IMG/VR virus record: IMGVR_UViG_3300006467_000431
DNA: 64,000 nucleotides
Direction: 5' to 3' (one strand)
Origin: an uncultured virus (IMG/VR IMGVR_UViG_3300006467_000431)
Taxonomy: Duplodnaviria; Heunggongvirae; Uroviricota; Caudoviricetes
Part shown: positions 27,021-36,258 of the stretch, piece by piece
How the letters are laid out: the number at the start of each line of letters is the position of its first letter
Numbering within the stretch: the first letter of the stretch is position 1
Notes under the pieces: generated by a model
Database searches by the model: none
Told to the model about the DNA's origin: nothing
Seen by the model: the letters and a program-made list of their open reading frames with translations, nothing else
Translations under genes and position numbers: made by a program

Positions 27021-27248
27021 TCAGCCTCCGGCGATTCCCTTGAAGCCACGGATGAGGGCTCCGACAGGATTCCTCTCGATCTCGGAGCTGGCGCGCTCGA
27101 GAAGGTTGTTCACCTCGGGACCGATGCGGGAAGCAAGGTAGGCACCGACTTGTGCGGCCTTGACCTGATCGACGGCGAGAAGCGCCTCGCCGATCTCGGC
27201 TGGTGTCGCTTCTTCGATCCACTGCAGGGGGCGTCGCTTCTTTCCCAT
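27021..27248 (-). CDS. Small hypothetical protein
   Basis: Directly downstream of HTH gene. Confidence 0.55.
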   Translation of the reverse strand: MGKKRRPLQWIEEATPAEIGEALLAVDQVKAAQVGAYLASRIGPEVNNLLERASSEIERNPVGALIRGFKGIAGG

Positions 27249-27250
27249 GT

Positions 27251-27511
27251 TCAGGCTGCGCTGCTCGTGGTCAGGTGAGCGTCACCCCACCATGTTCGGA
27301 CGTAGGTGACCTCGTCGTCACTGAGTCGGAGGGCGACCTGGATCCGGTTGAGCTGAGCGACTGTCAGTGGTCGCTGCTTGTTTTCGAGAGCGCTCCAGAG
27401 GCTTCGGCTGATGCCGACTTTCTTGGAAGCTGCGGCCTGCGTGAGCTTCCGCCTTCTGCGCAATGTACGCATAGCGTTCTTGTCGATCTCCGGTGGGGTC
27501 GTATCGGGCAT
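27251..27511 (-). CDS. XRE/Cro-family helix-turn-helix regulator
   Basis: LRRRRKLTQAAASKKVGISRSLWSALENKQR is an HTH_3 pattern; AGGAG RBS. Confidence 0.85.
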   Translation of the reverse strand: MPDTTPPEIDKNAMRTLRRRRKLTQAAASKKVGISRSLWSALENKQRPLTVAQLNRIQVALRLSDDEVTYVRTWWGDAHLTTSSAA

Positions 27512-27575
27512 CGTTAGCTCCTGGGTGTATCCGTGTCACAGGATACGTCATCGGAGCTCGATCGGCAACCTTTCT

Positions 27576-27592
27576 TGACACGGAGCGAGTCA
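27576..27592. promoter_or_regulatory. Operator TGACAC-GGAGC-GAGTCA over -35 (TTGACA 27575, TAGCCT 27598)
   Basis: Between divergent HTH and RdgC-like genes; extra GTGTCA half-site at 27533-27538. Confidence 0.75.
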
Positions 27593-27619
27593 CCATATAG
27601 CCTCCTGTACGGAGGTAAT

Positions 27620-28579
27620 ATGCCGCAGGATCCTGTGTTTTCAGGTGCCCTCGCCGGTCGATTCTACCGGCTTGGAACTCCCTTGTCGAAGGGAACGTCG
27701 TTGGTCGACGCTGCGCTTGCTCATGCTTGGGAGGACGGCCTTCCTGCAGTGGCCTTCTTGCGTCGGTTCTGCCAGGGGGCGATGCCGAACCACGGGGACC
27801 TTGGGGATGATTCGGTGGACTTGGCCTACCATGACAATGGAACTGGCTTTTGGCGTCTCTGGATGCGCGAGGAGATGCGGAAGGCACCGAAGGCAGCCAT
27901 CCAGCATCTTGCCTCGAGGCTTGCGCTGGAGCTCGATCCAGACACGTCTCTCGAGAAGATGCAACGGTCGGGACGCCTTGAGGTCACGGAGAGGGCGAAG
28001 CGTGATCTGCTGAAGGTCGCCATCCCCCAGATTCGGGTGGTTCCGGTGGTCGCCGGCACGGACTGGATCTGGGTGGGTCGCAAGGCTGCAGTGACGGATC
28101 GAACCTACATTCACCTTCTTCGCCAGGTGGTGGGAGATCTGGAGCCAGATCCGCTGTTGTGGTCTGAGGACGGTGGCTGGTCGAGCTGTTCCTACGCAAC
28201 GCTCTTGGCCTTCACGAAGGCGAAGGCCGGCGAGCTTGCGCCGGATGTCTACCTCTGTGAGGTCGATGTGAAGGGTCGGTCGGTGCAGCTCAAGGCTTCG
28301 GACAGTGCCGATGAGGTTCGAGAAGTTCTCAAGCACCTCACGTCGGCTGTCTCCGAGACGTCGGTACGACGGATGGCCTTCGAGGTGATGAAGGACGGTG
28401 TTCGAATCGCTGTCGACGTCGATGGCCACGGTGTTTGTCGAGTCTCTCCGATGCGTTCTTCGGGAGGACTTTCCCACGAACGCATCGCCCGTCGGTTCGG
28501 GGATGCGCGCTACGCTGCCGCCCGGATTCGTGCGGTCATGGAAGAGCTCGTGGCCGAATTCGAAGAAGGAGAGGGGTGA
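27620..28579 (+). CDS. RdgC-like recombination-associated protein
   Basis: GGAGG RBS; SGALAGRFYRL start and REEMRKAPKAAIQ...AKRDLLKVAIP resemble RdgC pattern. Confidence 0.45.
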   Translation: MPQDPVFSGALAGRFYRLGTPLSKGTSLVDAALAHAWEDGLPAVAFLRRFCQGAMPNHGDLGDDSVDLAYHDNGTGFWRLWMREEMRKAPKAAIQHLASRLALELDPDTSLEKMQRSGRLEVTERAKRDLLKVAIPQIRVVPVVAGTDWIWVGRKAAVTDRTYIHLLRQVVGDLEPDPLLWSEDGGWSSCSYATLLAFTKAKAGELAPDVYLCEVDVKGRSVQLKASDSADEVREVLKHLTSAVSETSVRRMAFEVMKDGVRIAVDVDGHGVCRVSPMRSSGGLSHERIARRFGDARYAAARIRAVMEELVAEFEEGEG

Positions 28580-28713
28580 TGATCGACGCTGTTTGCCTGA
28601 TTCCGTGGACGCTGTTCATGTTTGGGTACATCGCCTGGGTGCTCTTGGGATCCCCACGAAATCGCGAGGAGTGGGCCCACCGCTACAGCATGATTCGTCG
28701 CTGGATGCAGTGA
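28579..28713 (+). CDS. Small membrane peptide (44 aa)
   Basis: TGATG coupling, single hydrophobic helix. Confidence 0.45.
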   Translation: MIDAVCLIPWTLFMFGYIAWVLLGSPRNREEWAHRYSMIRRWMQ

Positions 28714-28759
28714 GGCGCTGCCTCGATATTTTCCTCCACTAAACTTAGGATAGAACGAA

Positions 28760-29620
28760 ATGAAGACCGACTACGAGGCGAAGATCCTCGCCGACAGCAT
28801 CAACACCGTCACGGGCGATCGCCTCACTTCCTTCGAGGTGACTTTCCCGAGGTTCATCCTGGCCGAGGTGAACACGCATCGGATGTTCAGCCGGAACAGC
28901 GCAAGCAGCCGGGCGATCCCGGTGAAGAAGCGCCTGGAGGCCATCGGCAGCAGCCCCTTCGTCCCCCTGGCGTTCACGAAGAACCAGAGGGGAATGCAGG
29001 CCAAGGAGGTGCTGGACGACAAGATGGAAGGCGTTGCCCGCATCGCGTGGCTTGGAGCAGCGAAGGCAGCCTGTGCGTTCGCTGGGGCTCTCGAGGCGTG
29101 CGGAGTGCACAAGCAGCATGCCAACCGTCTCGTGGAGCCCTTCGCTTGGCAGACGGCGATCATTAGTGCCACGGAGTGGGACAACTTCTACGCCCTGCGC
29201 TGCCACCCGGATGCCCAGCCCGAGTTCAAGCTCGTGGCCGACTTGATGCACAACGCGATGACACATTCGAATCCGGAGGAACTCCAGCGGGGGGATTGGC
29301 ACTTGCCTATGCTCACGAAGGATGAGCGGGCACTGTTCCGAGAAGCTCGTGCTCGTGGTGCTGAGGATATGCGTCGATGGGTGAAGATCTCAGCTGGACG
29401 CTGTGCGAGGGTCTCCTACCTCACGCACGATGGACGGCGCGATCCAGATGCGGATGTGGCTCTCTGTGACCGTCTGCATCGCTCGGGCCATATGAGTCCC
29501 CTCGAGCATCCGGCCATGGCGGGTGACCCTGGGTTCTGCGGCAACTACAAGGGGTTCAAGCAGTATCGCAAGTTCATTCCTGGCGAGGATGTGTTCCGTC
29601 CGGGGCGCGACAACGACTGA
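28760..29620 (+). CDS. thyX: Flavin-dependent thymidylate synthase (phage-type Thy1/ThyX)
   Basis: FPRFILAEVNTHRMFSRNSASSRAIP, HPDAQPEF, CARVSY, HMSPLEH. Confidence 0.9.
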   Translation: MKTDYEAKILADSINTVTGDRLTSFEVTFPRFILAEVNTHRMFSRNSASSRAIPVKKRLEAIGSSPFVPLAFTKNQRGMQAKEVLDDKMEGVARIAWLGAAKAACAFAGALEACGVHKQHANRLVEPFAWQTAIISATEWDNFYALRCHPDAQPEFKLVADLMHNAMTHSNPEELQRGDWHLPMLTKDERALFREARARGAEDMRRWVKISAGRCARVSYLTHDGRRDPDADVALCDRLHRSGHMSPLEHPAMAGDPGFCGNYKGFKQYRKFIPGEDVFRPGRDND

Positions 29621-30220
29621 CTACTCTGAACGCTCTGCAGGCGTTGCCCGATCCATCAGCTCCTTGTAGGGCGACGGCTTGTCGAGGAGCTTGTGGATAT
29701 GACCCGGAAAGGGCCACATGAAGAAGTAGGCGGGACCGGTGAAGAGGGGGATGATCCACTCATCCTTCACGACTTGGTGCCGCTCTTCTGGAATCAGCTC
29801 GAGGGTGCGTCGGTAGGCTCGGAGCTCGGCGTAGGCTCGGACGAATCCAGGCCACGGAAGAACGAGCAGGTAGAGGATGCTGAAGAGCACTCGGTTCATG
29901 GCTGCCGGGAGGAAGGGTAGCCACCCGAAGAAGCTTTGGGCGTCCTTCATGTGGACCCACTCGTGCTCGAGGGTGTTCGCCGGAAGGTTCTCTTGAACGT
30001 AGGCCTCGGAGGGGAACCAGATCTTGTTTCCCATCGTGGTGGTCATGTCCATGTATCCGTAGACACGTTCGCCCCTGTCGTTCCTTGACCAGCTCCAGAA
30101 GGACAGGAAGCCGAGGAGCTTGTGGAAGGGGCTCTCGTCCTTGAAGCGAACTTCGAAGCCGTCGACATCGTCACAGATCGCTGCGACGACATGGTTCCAT
30201 CGGTCTTGGGGCGTCATCAT
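29621..30220 (-). CDS. HExxH zinc metallopeptidase-like membrane protein
   Basis: TLEHEWVH motif and downstream AELRAY. Confidence 0.6.
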   Translation of the reverse strand: MMTPQDRWNHVVAAICDDVDGFEVRFKDESPFHKLLGFLSFWSWSRNDRGERVYGYMDMTTTMGNKIWFPSEAYVQENLPANTLEHEWVHMKDAQSFFGWLPFLPAAMNRVLFSILYLLVLPWPGFVRAYAELRAYRRTLELIPEERHQVVKDEWIIPLFTGPAYFFMWPFPGHIHKLLDKPSPYKELMDRATPAERSE

Positions 30221-30609
30221 GTGGGTGCGTGTCCCGTCTTGTAGGCGATGTGGGCCAAGACCGGGTCGTTGGAGATCACGAGCACAGCCCGGGGCGTCGT
30301 CTCGAGGAAAGAGGCGAGAAAGCTCAATCCGGTTCCGTGTCGAGCGGTGATCTGAGCCGCCTTGGTCGCCAGTTGCTGGATAGCTGCCTCGAGCGGAAGA
30401 TCGAACGAGAAGGTGTACGATGTGGATGCTCCACTCCTGCTCAGCTTCTTGATGTTGTAGGGGACGCTGCTGTTGTCGAGTGCCTGCTTCATCTCGAGCG
30501 CTGCGCGATGAGCCTTGACTTCTCTCTTACTGATGGGGGCACTTTTTGATGCGGTAGGCGGAGTGCTCGTGCCGTATCGGTGGGCAATCATCGCATTCGC
30601 TGCTCGCAT
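30217..30609 (-). CDS. Small protein with ANAMxxHRYG N-terminal motif
   Basis: GGAGGAG RBS; ATGA overlap with next gene. Confidence 0.65.
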   Translation of the reverse strand: MRAANAMIAHRYGTSTPPTASKSAPISKREVKAHRAALEMKQALDNSSVPYNIKKLSRSGASTSYTFSFDLPLEAAIQQLATKAAQITARHGTGLSFLASFLETTPRAVLVISNDPVLAHIAYKTGHAPT

Positions 30610-30706
30610 GGGGACTCCTCCTGGTCCATTCTAACCGTGATGGCAGCGATGTCGTCTTCTATGGGGTAGGATGTATGTCTATGTTCATGACCAACTTGGA
30701 GGTTTC

Positions 30707-31081
30707 ATGTTCATCTTCAGCCTGTTCCTGGGAGCTTCGGTACTGCGGGACTTGATGGATGGCAGGGGAGAGACGTCCGATCGCTTCGGTTGGGGCATGA
30801 ACACGAACGTGTCTCGTCCAGGTCTCGGTGTGCGCGGACCGACTTCGTCGATGCGCTATCCTCTTCCTCGGCCTTGGGAGCGCATGCCACCTATGGGAGC
30901 ACAGACGGTCCCGGCACATCCCCATGCTCGTTTCGGGGATGCGTACGGGGTGCTGACGGGCGCTGGTGGCATTCGTGGTGTGCCGACCTTCACGAGCTTC
31001 ACACCAGCTCAGATCGCTGCCTACAACCGTGATGGAGCGGCGCAGGGGCTCCGTGGCTCTTCGGTGGCGCCTCCCGGTTGA
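30707..31081 (+). CDS. Small N-anchored protein with FG/YG motifs
   Basis: GGAGG RBS; DRFG, RFGDAYG. Confidence 0.6.
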   Translation: MFIFSLFLGASVLRDLMDGRGETSDRFGWGMNTNVSRPGLGVRGPTSSMRYPLPRPWERMPPMGAQTVPAHPHARFGDAYGVLTGAGGIRGVPTFTSFTPAQIAAYNRDGAAQGLRGSSVAPPG

Positions 31082-31654
31082 TCAGCGCTTGGTGAAGGTG
31101 ATGTGCACCGTTGGAGTTCCAGTGGGCTGTCCACTGGCATTGATGGGGGCGGGCCTGGAGCTCACGAAGGGTTCGACTTCGAAGCGCTCACCGACGTAGC
31201 GCAGGTACATCTCCTCACGCTTGGTGAGAGGAGGGCCGCCGAGCATGATCTTGCTGCGCCCAGGGCCCTCGTTGACGATCTTCTGCCCTTGGTGCTCGAT
31301 GATTTGCCGGTTGTGGGCTTCGGCCATGTGCAGGAACTTCTCGGCGGCATCGGCGTCGGTCGCTCCGAAGCTTTCTCCCTCGGGGATCATCTTGATGCGC
31401 ACCTGGTGATCTTCGACGTTTCCGGGGATGTGAAGGGGAGCCTGCCCATCAACCTCGACGACGATCTGGGCACACGCAAGATCATGGGTTCCCTGGTAGA
31501 CCCTGAGCACGCCGTCTTCCTTGAGCCAGGTTGCCTTGCAGTTCGCGGTGCAGACCTCGATGCTGCGCTGGCGCTTTTGCTCTCGCTCTCGAGAAAGGTC
31601 GGAGAAGATCGCCGCGAACAATGAGATGCCGAAAGGAAGAAGAACAGGGAACAT
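31082..31654 (-). CDS. N-anchored hypothetical protein
   Basis: MFPVLLPFGISLFAAIFSDL start, similar to 4529-5083; ESFG. Confidence 0.65.
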   Translation of the reverse strand: MFPVLLPFGISLFAAIFSDLSREREQKRQRSIEVCTANCKATWLKEDGVLRVYQGTHDLACAQIVVEVDGQAPLHIPGNVEDHQVRIKMIPEGESFGATDADAAEKFLHMAEAHNRQIIEHQGQKIVNEGPGRSKIMLGGPPLTKREEMYLRYVGERFEVEPFVSSRPAPINASGQPTGTPTVHITFTKR

Positions 31655-31724
31655 TAGGTCTCCGGAGGCTGCTCTTCACAGATAGCACAGGATGGTCCCA
31701 TGTCCTATATGTAGGTCCGGAGCG

Positions 31725-31741
31725 TGACACGGTCTGTGTCA
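31725..31741. promoter_or_regulatory. Operator TGACAC-GGTCT-GTGTCA
   Basis: Perfect palindromic arms in divergent intergenic region. Confidence 0.75.
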
Positions 31742-31775
31742 CCTGTTAGCGTGATGTCTCTTCATCGGAGTTTCC

Positions 31776-32603
31776 ATGTTCGTCGGCTCAGGTCTTCTCT
31801 ACATCCATGTGCCCCGAACGGGCGGCACCTTCGTCAGCAACGTGCTCGAGAAGGAAGGCATTGGCTCGCGCCAGCTCTCCAACGAGGTGGGAGGGCATGA
31901 CGGGATTCGAGATGTTCCAGAGCGTACGGCCGATGCGACGCTGACCTTTGCGACGCTGCGAGATCCGTGGAGTTGGTATGCGTCGGTGGATGCACACTAT
32001 CGCCACAAGGGGCGCTTCGATGGAGCTCTGCATGAATACTTCGGCAAGCCTGTCAGCTTCAAGGACGTGATCCATGGTTTCACGCGACCTGGACGAGGTG
32101 GTCCCATCCGTTCGGACCATGCGGCTCGCTATCCAGGGTCCCGCCTTCCAGAACCAGGTCTTCCTGGTCAGCTCGCGCGCTCGGGTATTGGCCTGTACAC
32201 CTGGATGGTGATTCGAATGCTGTGTCGAGAGCCCTTGGAGAACGTGGAGGGTCTCTCGGGGATTCTGGAGGAGTACGGAGACATCCCCTGGGGCGTGAAC
32301 GCCATCATCGATACGGCCCAGCTTCGAGACGGCCTGTCGTCGATCTTGCAGGCATGGAATCCAGGTCAGGCGGCCAGTCTGGTTGGAGCGATCCAGACGA
32401 GTGCTGCGCAGAACCAGAAGGGGCACTTCCGGGGGGTTCTTCCGACGGGGAACCCTGATCCGGCGATCTACGACTCCGAGATGCAGGACTGGATCATCCA
32501 GGCGGACAGCTGGATCTTCCGACGCTTCGGTTTCGCCTTTCCGGTGGGAGATTCACGCCGTCCAGCTGTCACGATGGTCAACATGGGCGCATCTCCGGCG
32601 TAG
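31776..32603 (+). CDS. Sulfotransferase family protein
   Basis: YIHVPRTGGT (5'-PSB loop) and LRDPWSWYAS (3'-PB motif). Confidence 0.75.
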   Translation: MFVGSGLLYIHVPRTGGTFVSNVLEKEGIGSRQLSNEVGGHDGIRDVPERTADATLTFATLRDPWSWYASVDAHYRHKGRFDGALHEYFGKPVSFKDVIHGFTRPGRGGPIRSDHAARYPGSRLPEPGLPGQLARSGIGLYTWMVIRMLCREPLENVEGLSGILEEYGDIPWGVNAIIDTAQLRDGLSSILQAWNPGQAASLVGAIQTSAAQNQKGHFRGVLPTGNPDPAIYDSEMQDWIIQADSWIFRRFGFAFPVGDSRRPAVTMVNMGASPA

Positions 32604-32610
32604 GCTGGAT

Positions 32611-33486
32611 TCAGAGAAGGGGTTCGGAGGTACTTCCGTGCTTGGAAGCCTTGATGATGAGCTTTGGATGGAAGGGGGCAGGAAGGCACCAGGCTGTCTT
32701 CCATGGAGCTCGCCGGATGCTCTTCTGGTCGCTCGTTGACATGCGGTTCTTGAGTTCCTGAGCTCGTTCGGCGAGGGATCTCTCGGTGGCGATCCACTCG
32801 TTCTTCGTCCAGGCCATCGGCATTAGGCGCCCCAGGGCCTCCATAAAGCTGGCATCAGGGAGGTTCTCGAGGGCACGGACGAGACGTTCTCGCTCTTGGG
32901 GTGACAGCTCGTGGTCCTTGAAGGCCGCCATCAGCTCGATGGTGTGGACGTCGATGGGAGGTGCTGGCTGAATGCTGGACCGGTCCAGGTCCTTGTCGAG
33001 CTCGGTGCTGACCTGGTGGATGATCTGACGCACGCGGCGCCCGTCTTCGTCGGCGGCCGGCCGTCCGACCCAGACGGCTCCAACGGGAACATAGGTGTCG
33101 TCGTCGGAAAGGAGGACGGCAAGCGCCACGTAGTGGTCGATGAAGGGCTGCCCCATCATCTTGAGGGCCTCCTCTTGCTCGGTGACTGGGTAGAGCACGA
33201 GGAATCGGAGAGTCGGCTTCAGGGGAGCAGCACTGTTGTTGTTGGGAGGGAGGTTGAGGCTTTCGTAGGTGAGCTCCTTGGTGAACAGCTTCACGGTCAC
33301 CTCGTTGTCGAGCTCGATGACGTCCCACTCGTTGCCAGGGGGCCCTACGGTGAACAGGTAGTGTGCGGCGGCCGAGCTCATTCGACTGACCATCCCCTGT
33401 CGGTGCCTCTCGTAGAGGTCGGGTCCTCCGCTCTCCATGTAGGTCTGGCCGCTGGCGTAGATGTCGAAGAGCTCTTGGAGTTCCAT
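32611..33486 (-). CDS. Hypothetical protein
   Basis: ATG 33486 with GAGG RBS; good codon bias. Confidence 0.7.
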   Translation of the reverse strand: MELQELFDIYASGQTYMESGGPDLYERHRQGMVSRMSSAAAHYLFTVGPPGNEWDVIELDNEVTVKLFTKELTYESLNLPPNNNSAAPLKPTLRFLVLYPVTEQEEALKMMGQPFIDHYVALAVLLSDDDTYVPVGAVWVGRPAADEDGRRVRQIIHQVSTELDKDLDRSSIQPAPPIDVHTIELMAAFKDHELSPQERERLVRALENLPDASFMEALGRLMPMAWTKNEWIATERSLAERAQELKNRMSTSDQKSIRRAPWKTAWCLPAPFHPKLIIKASKHGSTSEPLL

Positions 33487-33535
33487 CAGTGATCCTCGTC
33501 GAGGCAGATGCCCTGGACCACTATATCGCCAGGCA

Positions 33536-34126
33536 TCAGAAGGGCACTGTGAGAGCCTGGGGTCCAATCTTGTAGATGCGCCGTAGGAGCAGTGCCTGCT
33601 CGGAGGGGAGACTTCGGGTTGGATCGATGGGGACGGGCATCCCATGGGTTCGGAAGGCGAGGACTTCGTCGAGCTTGCGAGGAGGCACGATGGTCACGGC
33701 TCCGTCCTCGTAGATGTGAGGGTTCTTGATCCGGTCGTAGTCGTGGTAGGTCCTCTGCCACTTGAGTAGATCGAGGTATCCGTCTGCGATGACTTCGGCT
33801 CGATCGATGAGAGGTTGACGCTGGACGAGGACACGTTCCTTCTCGAGGGTGCGGCAGAAGATCCGCAAGATTCCCTGGTGGATGGCTCGGCCGTAGGGCG
33901 TCACGAAGATCTGTGTGATCTTGCTCACAGGGGTGATCTCGCATCCTTGGTCTCTACAGAGAGGAGCCCCGAACCAAGGGAGGCGCCCGAGCGGGAGCAC
34001 GGAGCGTCCACACATCACGCAGGCGAAGTTTCGGCGGGTCTTCAAGTCGCGGCCATAGATCGGCAGATCTTCCAGCTGCTGGATGATCTTGTCGCGATCG
34101 GGTTCTGGAAACACCAGCTCTTCCAT
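33536..34126 (-). CDS. Hypothetical protein with Cys cluster
   Basis: AGGAG RBS; CVMC..LCRDQGC. Confidence 0.65.
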   Translation of the reverse strand: MEELVFPEPDRDKIIQQLEDLPIYGRDLKTRRNFACVMCGRSVLPLGRLPWFGAPLCRDQGCEITPVSKITQIFVTPYGRAIHQGILRIFCRTLEKERVLVQRQPLIDRAEVIADGYLDLLKWQRTYHDYDRIKNPHIYEDGAVTIVPPRKLDEVLAFRTHGMPVPIDPTRSLPSEQALLLRRIYKIGPQALTVPF

Positions 34127-34177
34127 GCTCGAAGCTCCTCTTTTTCGTTTCGTGCGACAACCTATCGTTTTTGGTCC

Positions 34178-34205
34178 TTGACAGGCAAGCCGCCACCTAT
34201 AGAAT
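34178..34205 (+). promoter_or_regulatory. Sigma70-like promoter TTGACA..TAGAAT flanked by 11-bp inverted repeats
   Basis: cgtgcgacaac 34151-34161 and gttgtcgcacg 34206-34216. Confidence 0.6.
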
Positions 34206-34233
34206 GTTGTCGCACGTTGGAGACATCGCCCGG

Positions 34234-35079
34234 ATGACGAACGAACTTCCACAGGTTGGAGGCGCAGACTTCTGCGTCCTAACGACCCCGGACATGGCGC
34301 CGATCTGGACCAATGCGGTTCAGGCGACGTATCTCGAGTCCCGGTTCCGGGTCGTCGAGCTGCCGCCGTCCAGGACGGAGCTCTCGAAGCTCCTCGATGG
34401 CGCTCGCATCCTGGTCCTCGACAACCCTCTGTGGCGTTGCATCTCTCATCTTGGAGCTCGTCCCAATCAGCTGGTCATGATCTCGGAGAACTGGGAGATC
34501 GAGGAAGCGACTCCAGCGTTGGATGGCGCTGGATATGTCTGCTATCGCCACCTTCCGTTCCAGGCTGAGCTCTTCGGTGCGCATTCGATCGTGCATCGCA
34601 GGGTGAGTCTCGCGTCTCCAGATGGAGCAGATAAGATGGGCCCCGTGGCCTTTGTTCCGACGCATGGCCCGGGTGCGGGACCTGATGGCCAGATGGTTCT
34701 CTGGAACAGCGAGGCCATCGTCGGCCGTGGTGTCCGGGTGTCTCGGGATGATCCTGCCGTCATCGAGGAGACCTTTCGTGCGACGGTTGGCCATGCCCCT
34801 CTCTGGGTTCAGCCCCAGTTTCCTTTCCTGATTCCACGCTCTCCGTCGACCTTCAAGTCGCTCGATGGAGAGCCGGTTCAGGGGCTTCTCTGCAGCTCCT
34901 ACGAGCGTGCAGGTGGTTGGGTCGTGCTGACCCGCCGTGATGTCCTCGATCTGCTCGGTCATCCAGGGGATGTGCCCTGGTCGAGGATCCCCGACCTGAT
35001 TGGCGTTCAGGCTGCAGCCGCTCTGTTGAGCTGGCTCGTCTCGAGCGCATCGACTTCTTCTTCCACTTCCGGCAAGTAG
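34234..35079 (+). CDS. Hypothetical protein
   Basis: GGAG RBS, downstream of promoter. Confidence 0.6.
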   Translation: MTNELPQVGGADFCVLTTPDMAPIWTNAVQATYLESRFRVVELPPSRTELSKLLDGARILVLDNPLWRCISHLGARPNQLVMISENWEIEEATPALDGAGYVCYRHLPFQAELFGAHSIVHRRVSLASPDGADKMGPVAFVPTHGPGAGPDGQMVLWNSEAIVGRGVRVSRDDPAVIEETFRATVGHAPLWVQPQFPFLIPRSPSTFKSLDGEPVQGLLCSSYERAGGWVVLTRRDVLDLLGHPGDVPWSRIPDLIGVQAAAALLSWLVSSASTSSSTSGK

Positions 35080-35132
35080 CCGGTTCCATCTCGCATTCTG
35101 CGGGAATCCACAACCCTCATCAGAGGTTCGAC

Positions 35133-36041
35133 ATGTCCGAAGAGATCAACGAGTTCAACGACGCCAACAGCTTCCTCGCGGCCGACATCAACGTCGAGGA
35201 GACCGGCTTCGGTAGCCAGTTCCCCCTCATCCAGTGGGTGAACGGCGATCCCTCCAAGAAGGCTGCGGGCGGTATCGCCTACACCGGCGGCTTCTTCATC
35301 AGCGCCGATGCGGGCGTCGAGAAGCCCAAGGGCTTCGAGGATGTCACCCTCCACACCCAGGACGGTGAGGAGATCAAGGGCTTCGGCACCCGTGATCTCA
35401 AGGACGTGGCGATCATCCGCCACCGTCGTTGCTGGATGTCGGACCCGGGCGACAACGGCCTGGTGATGCGCTTCGGCTGGAACGACTACGAGTCGGCCGA
35501 TGGCTACGGCAAGCCCCGGGGTGTTGCACACCTCCTGATCGGCCTCAAGGGAGTCGACGAGACCTTCCTCCTCTCCTTCCGCGGCATGACTGCCAAGGCG
35601 GTGATGGGCATGGGTCGTGATCGCGGCATCGTTCCCACCTTCAGCCAGGTCATCCACGGCGCGGCGAAGCGCGAGGCCCGGAAGAACAAGATGAACAAGG
35701 CCTTCCCGCTCTGTGCCTTCCGACTGAACATCGGCCCCGACCGCACCGACAAGGGCGAGCCGGTCTTCAAGACGGTGGGCAGCGGCTCCAACACCTCCAA
35801 GATCACCCTCCCCGTGTGGACCGACTCGGTCGACGGCGTGATCTCGAACGCGGAGCTCCAGCGCCGCTACGTGGGCAACGAGGCCCTGGGTGTCTACCAG
35901 GACACGCACCGTGAGGCCGAGGAGTGGGTCCACGCCTGGGACTCCGAGACCCTCGCCCAGCGGGCGGGTCGCTCCTCCGGGACCCCGATCGCCGCTCCGG
36001 CGACCGATGACACCCCCGGTGAGAACAAGGCCCCCTTCTAG
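35133..36041 (+). CDS. Putative single-stranded DNA-binding/annealing protein
   Basis: Very strong codon bias, aromatic beta-rich core, acidic tail ending ..DDTPGENKAPF as in SSBs; own terminator. Confidence 0.5.
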   Translation: MSEEINEFNDANSFLAADINVEETGFGSQFPLIQWVNGDPSKKAAGGIAYTGGFFISADAGVEKPKGFEDVTLHTQDGEEIKGFGTRDLKDVAIIRHRRCWMSDPGDNGLVMRFGWNDYESADGYGKPRGVAHLLIGLKGVDETFLLSFRGMTAKAVMGMGRDRGIVPTFSQVIHGAAKREARKNKMNKAFPLCAFRLNIGPDRTDKGEPVFKTVGSGSNTSKITLPVWTDSVDGVISNAELQRRYVGNEALGVYQDTHREAEEWVHAWDSETLAQRAGRSSGTPIAAPATDDTPGENKAPF

Positions 36042-36073
36042 GCCCTGATCTGGGTCAGTTCTCTACTGGCCAC

Positions 36074-36120
36074 AAGGCCCCGTTCGCTCTGCGTTCGGGG
36101 CCTTCTTTGTGTCTTTTTTC
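36074..36120 (+). terminator. Rho-independent terminator
   Basis: aaggccccg ... cggggcctt followed by T-rich tract. Confidence 0.8.
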
Positions 36121-36258
36121 AGAATCTTGGATGTTTTCTGTACCACGGTCCGTGGCAACGATATACTGCGATTCTGCACGCATCAAGGTCTGCCGCGCTG
36201 TCCTCTAGGGAGGGCTGTGTGTTGATGCTCTGAGCGTTGAAATTCACATGAGGTCCCA

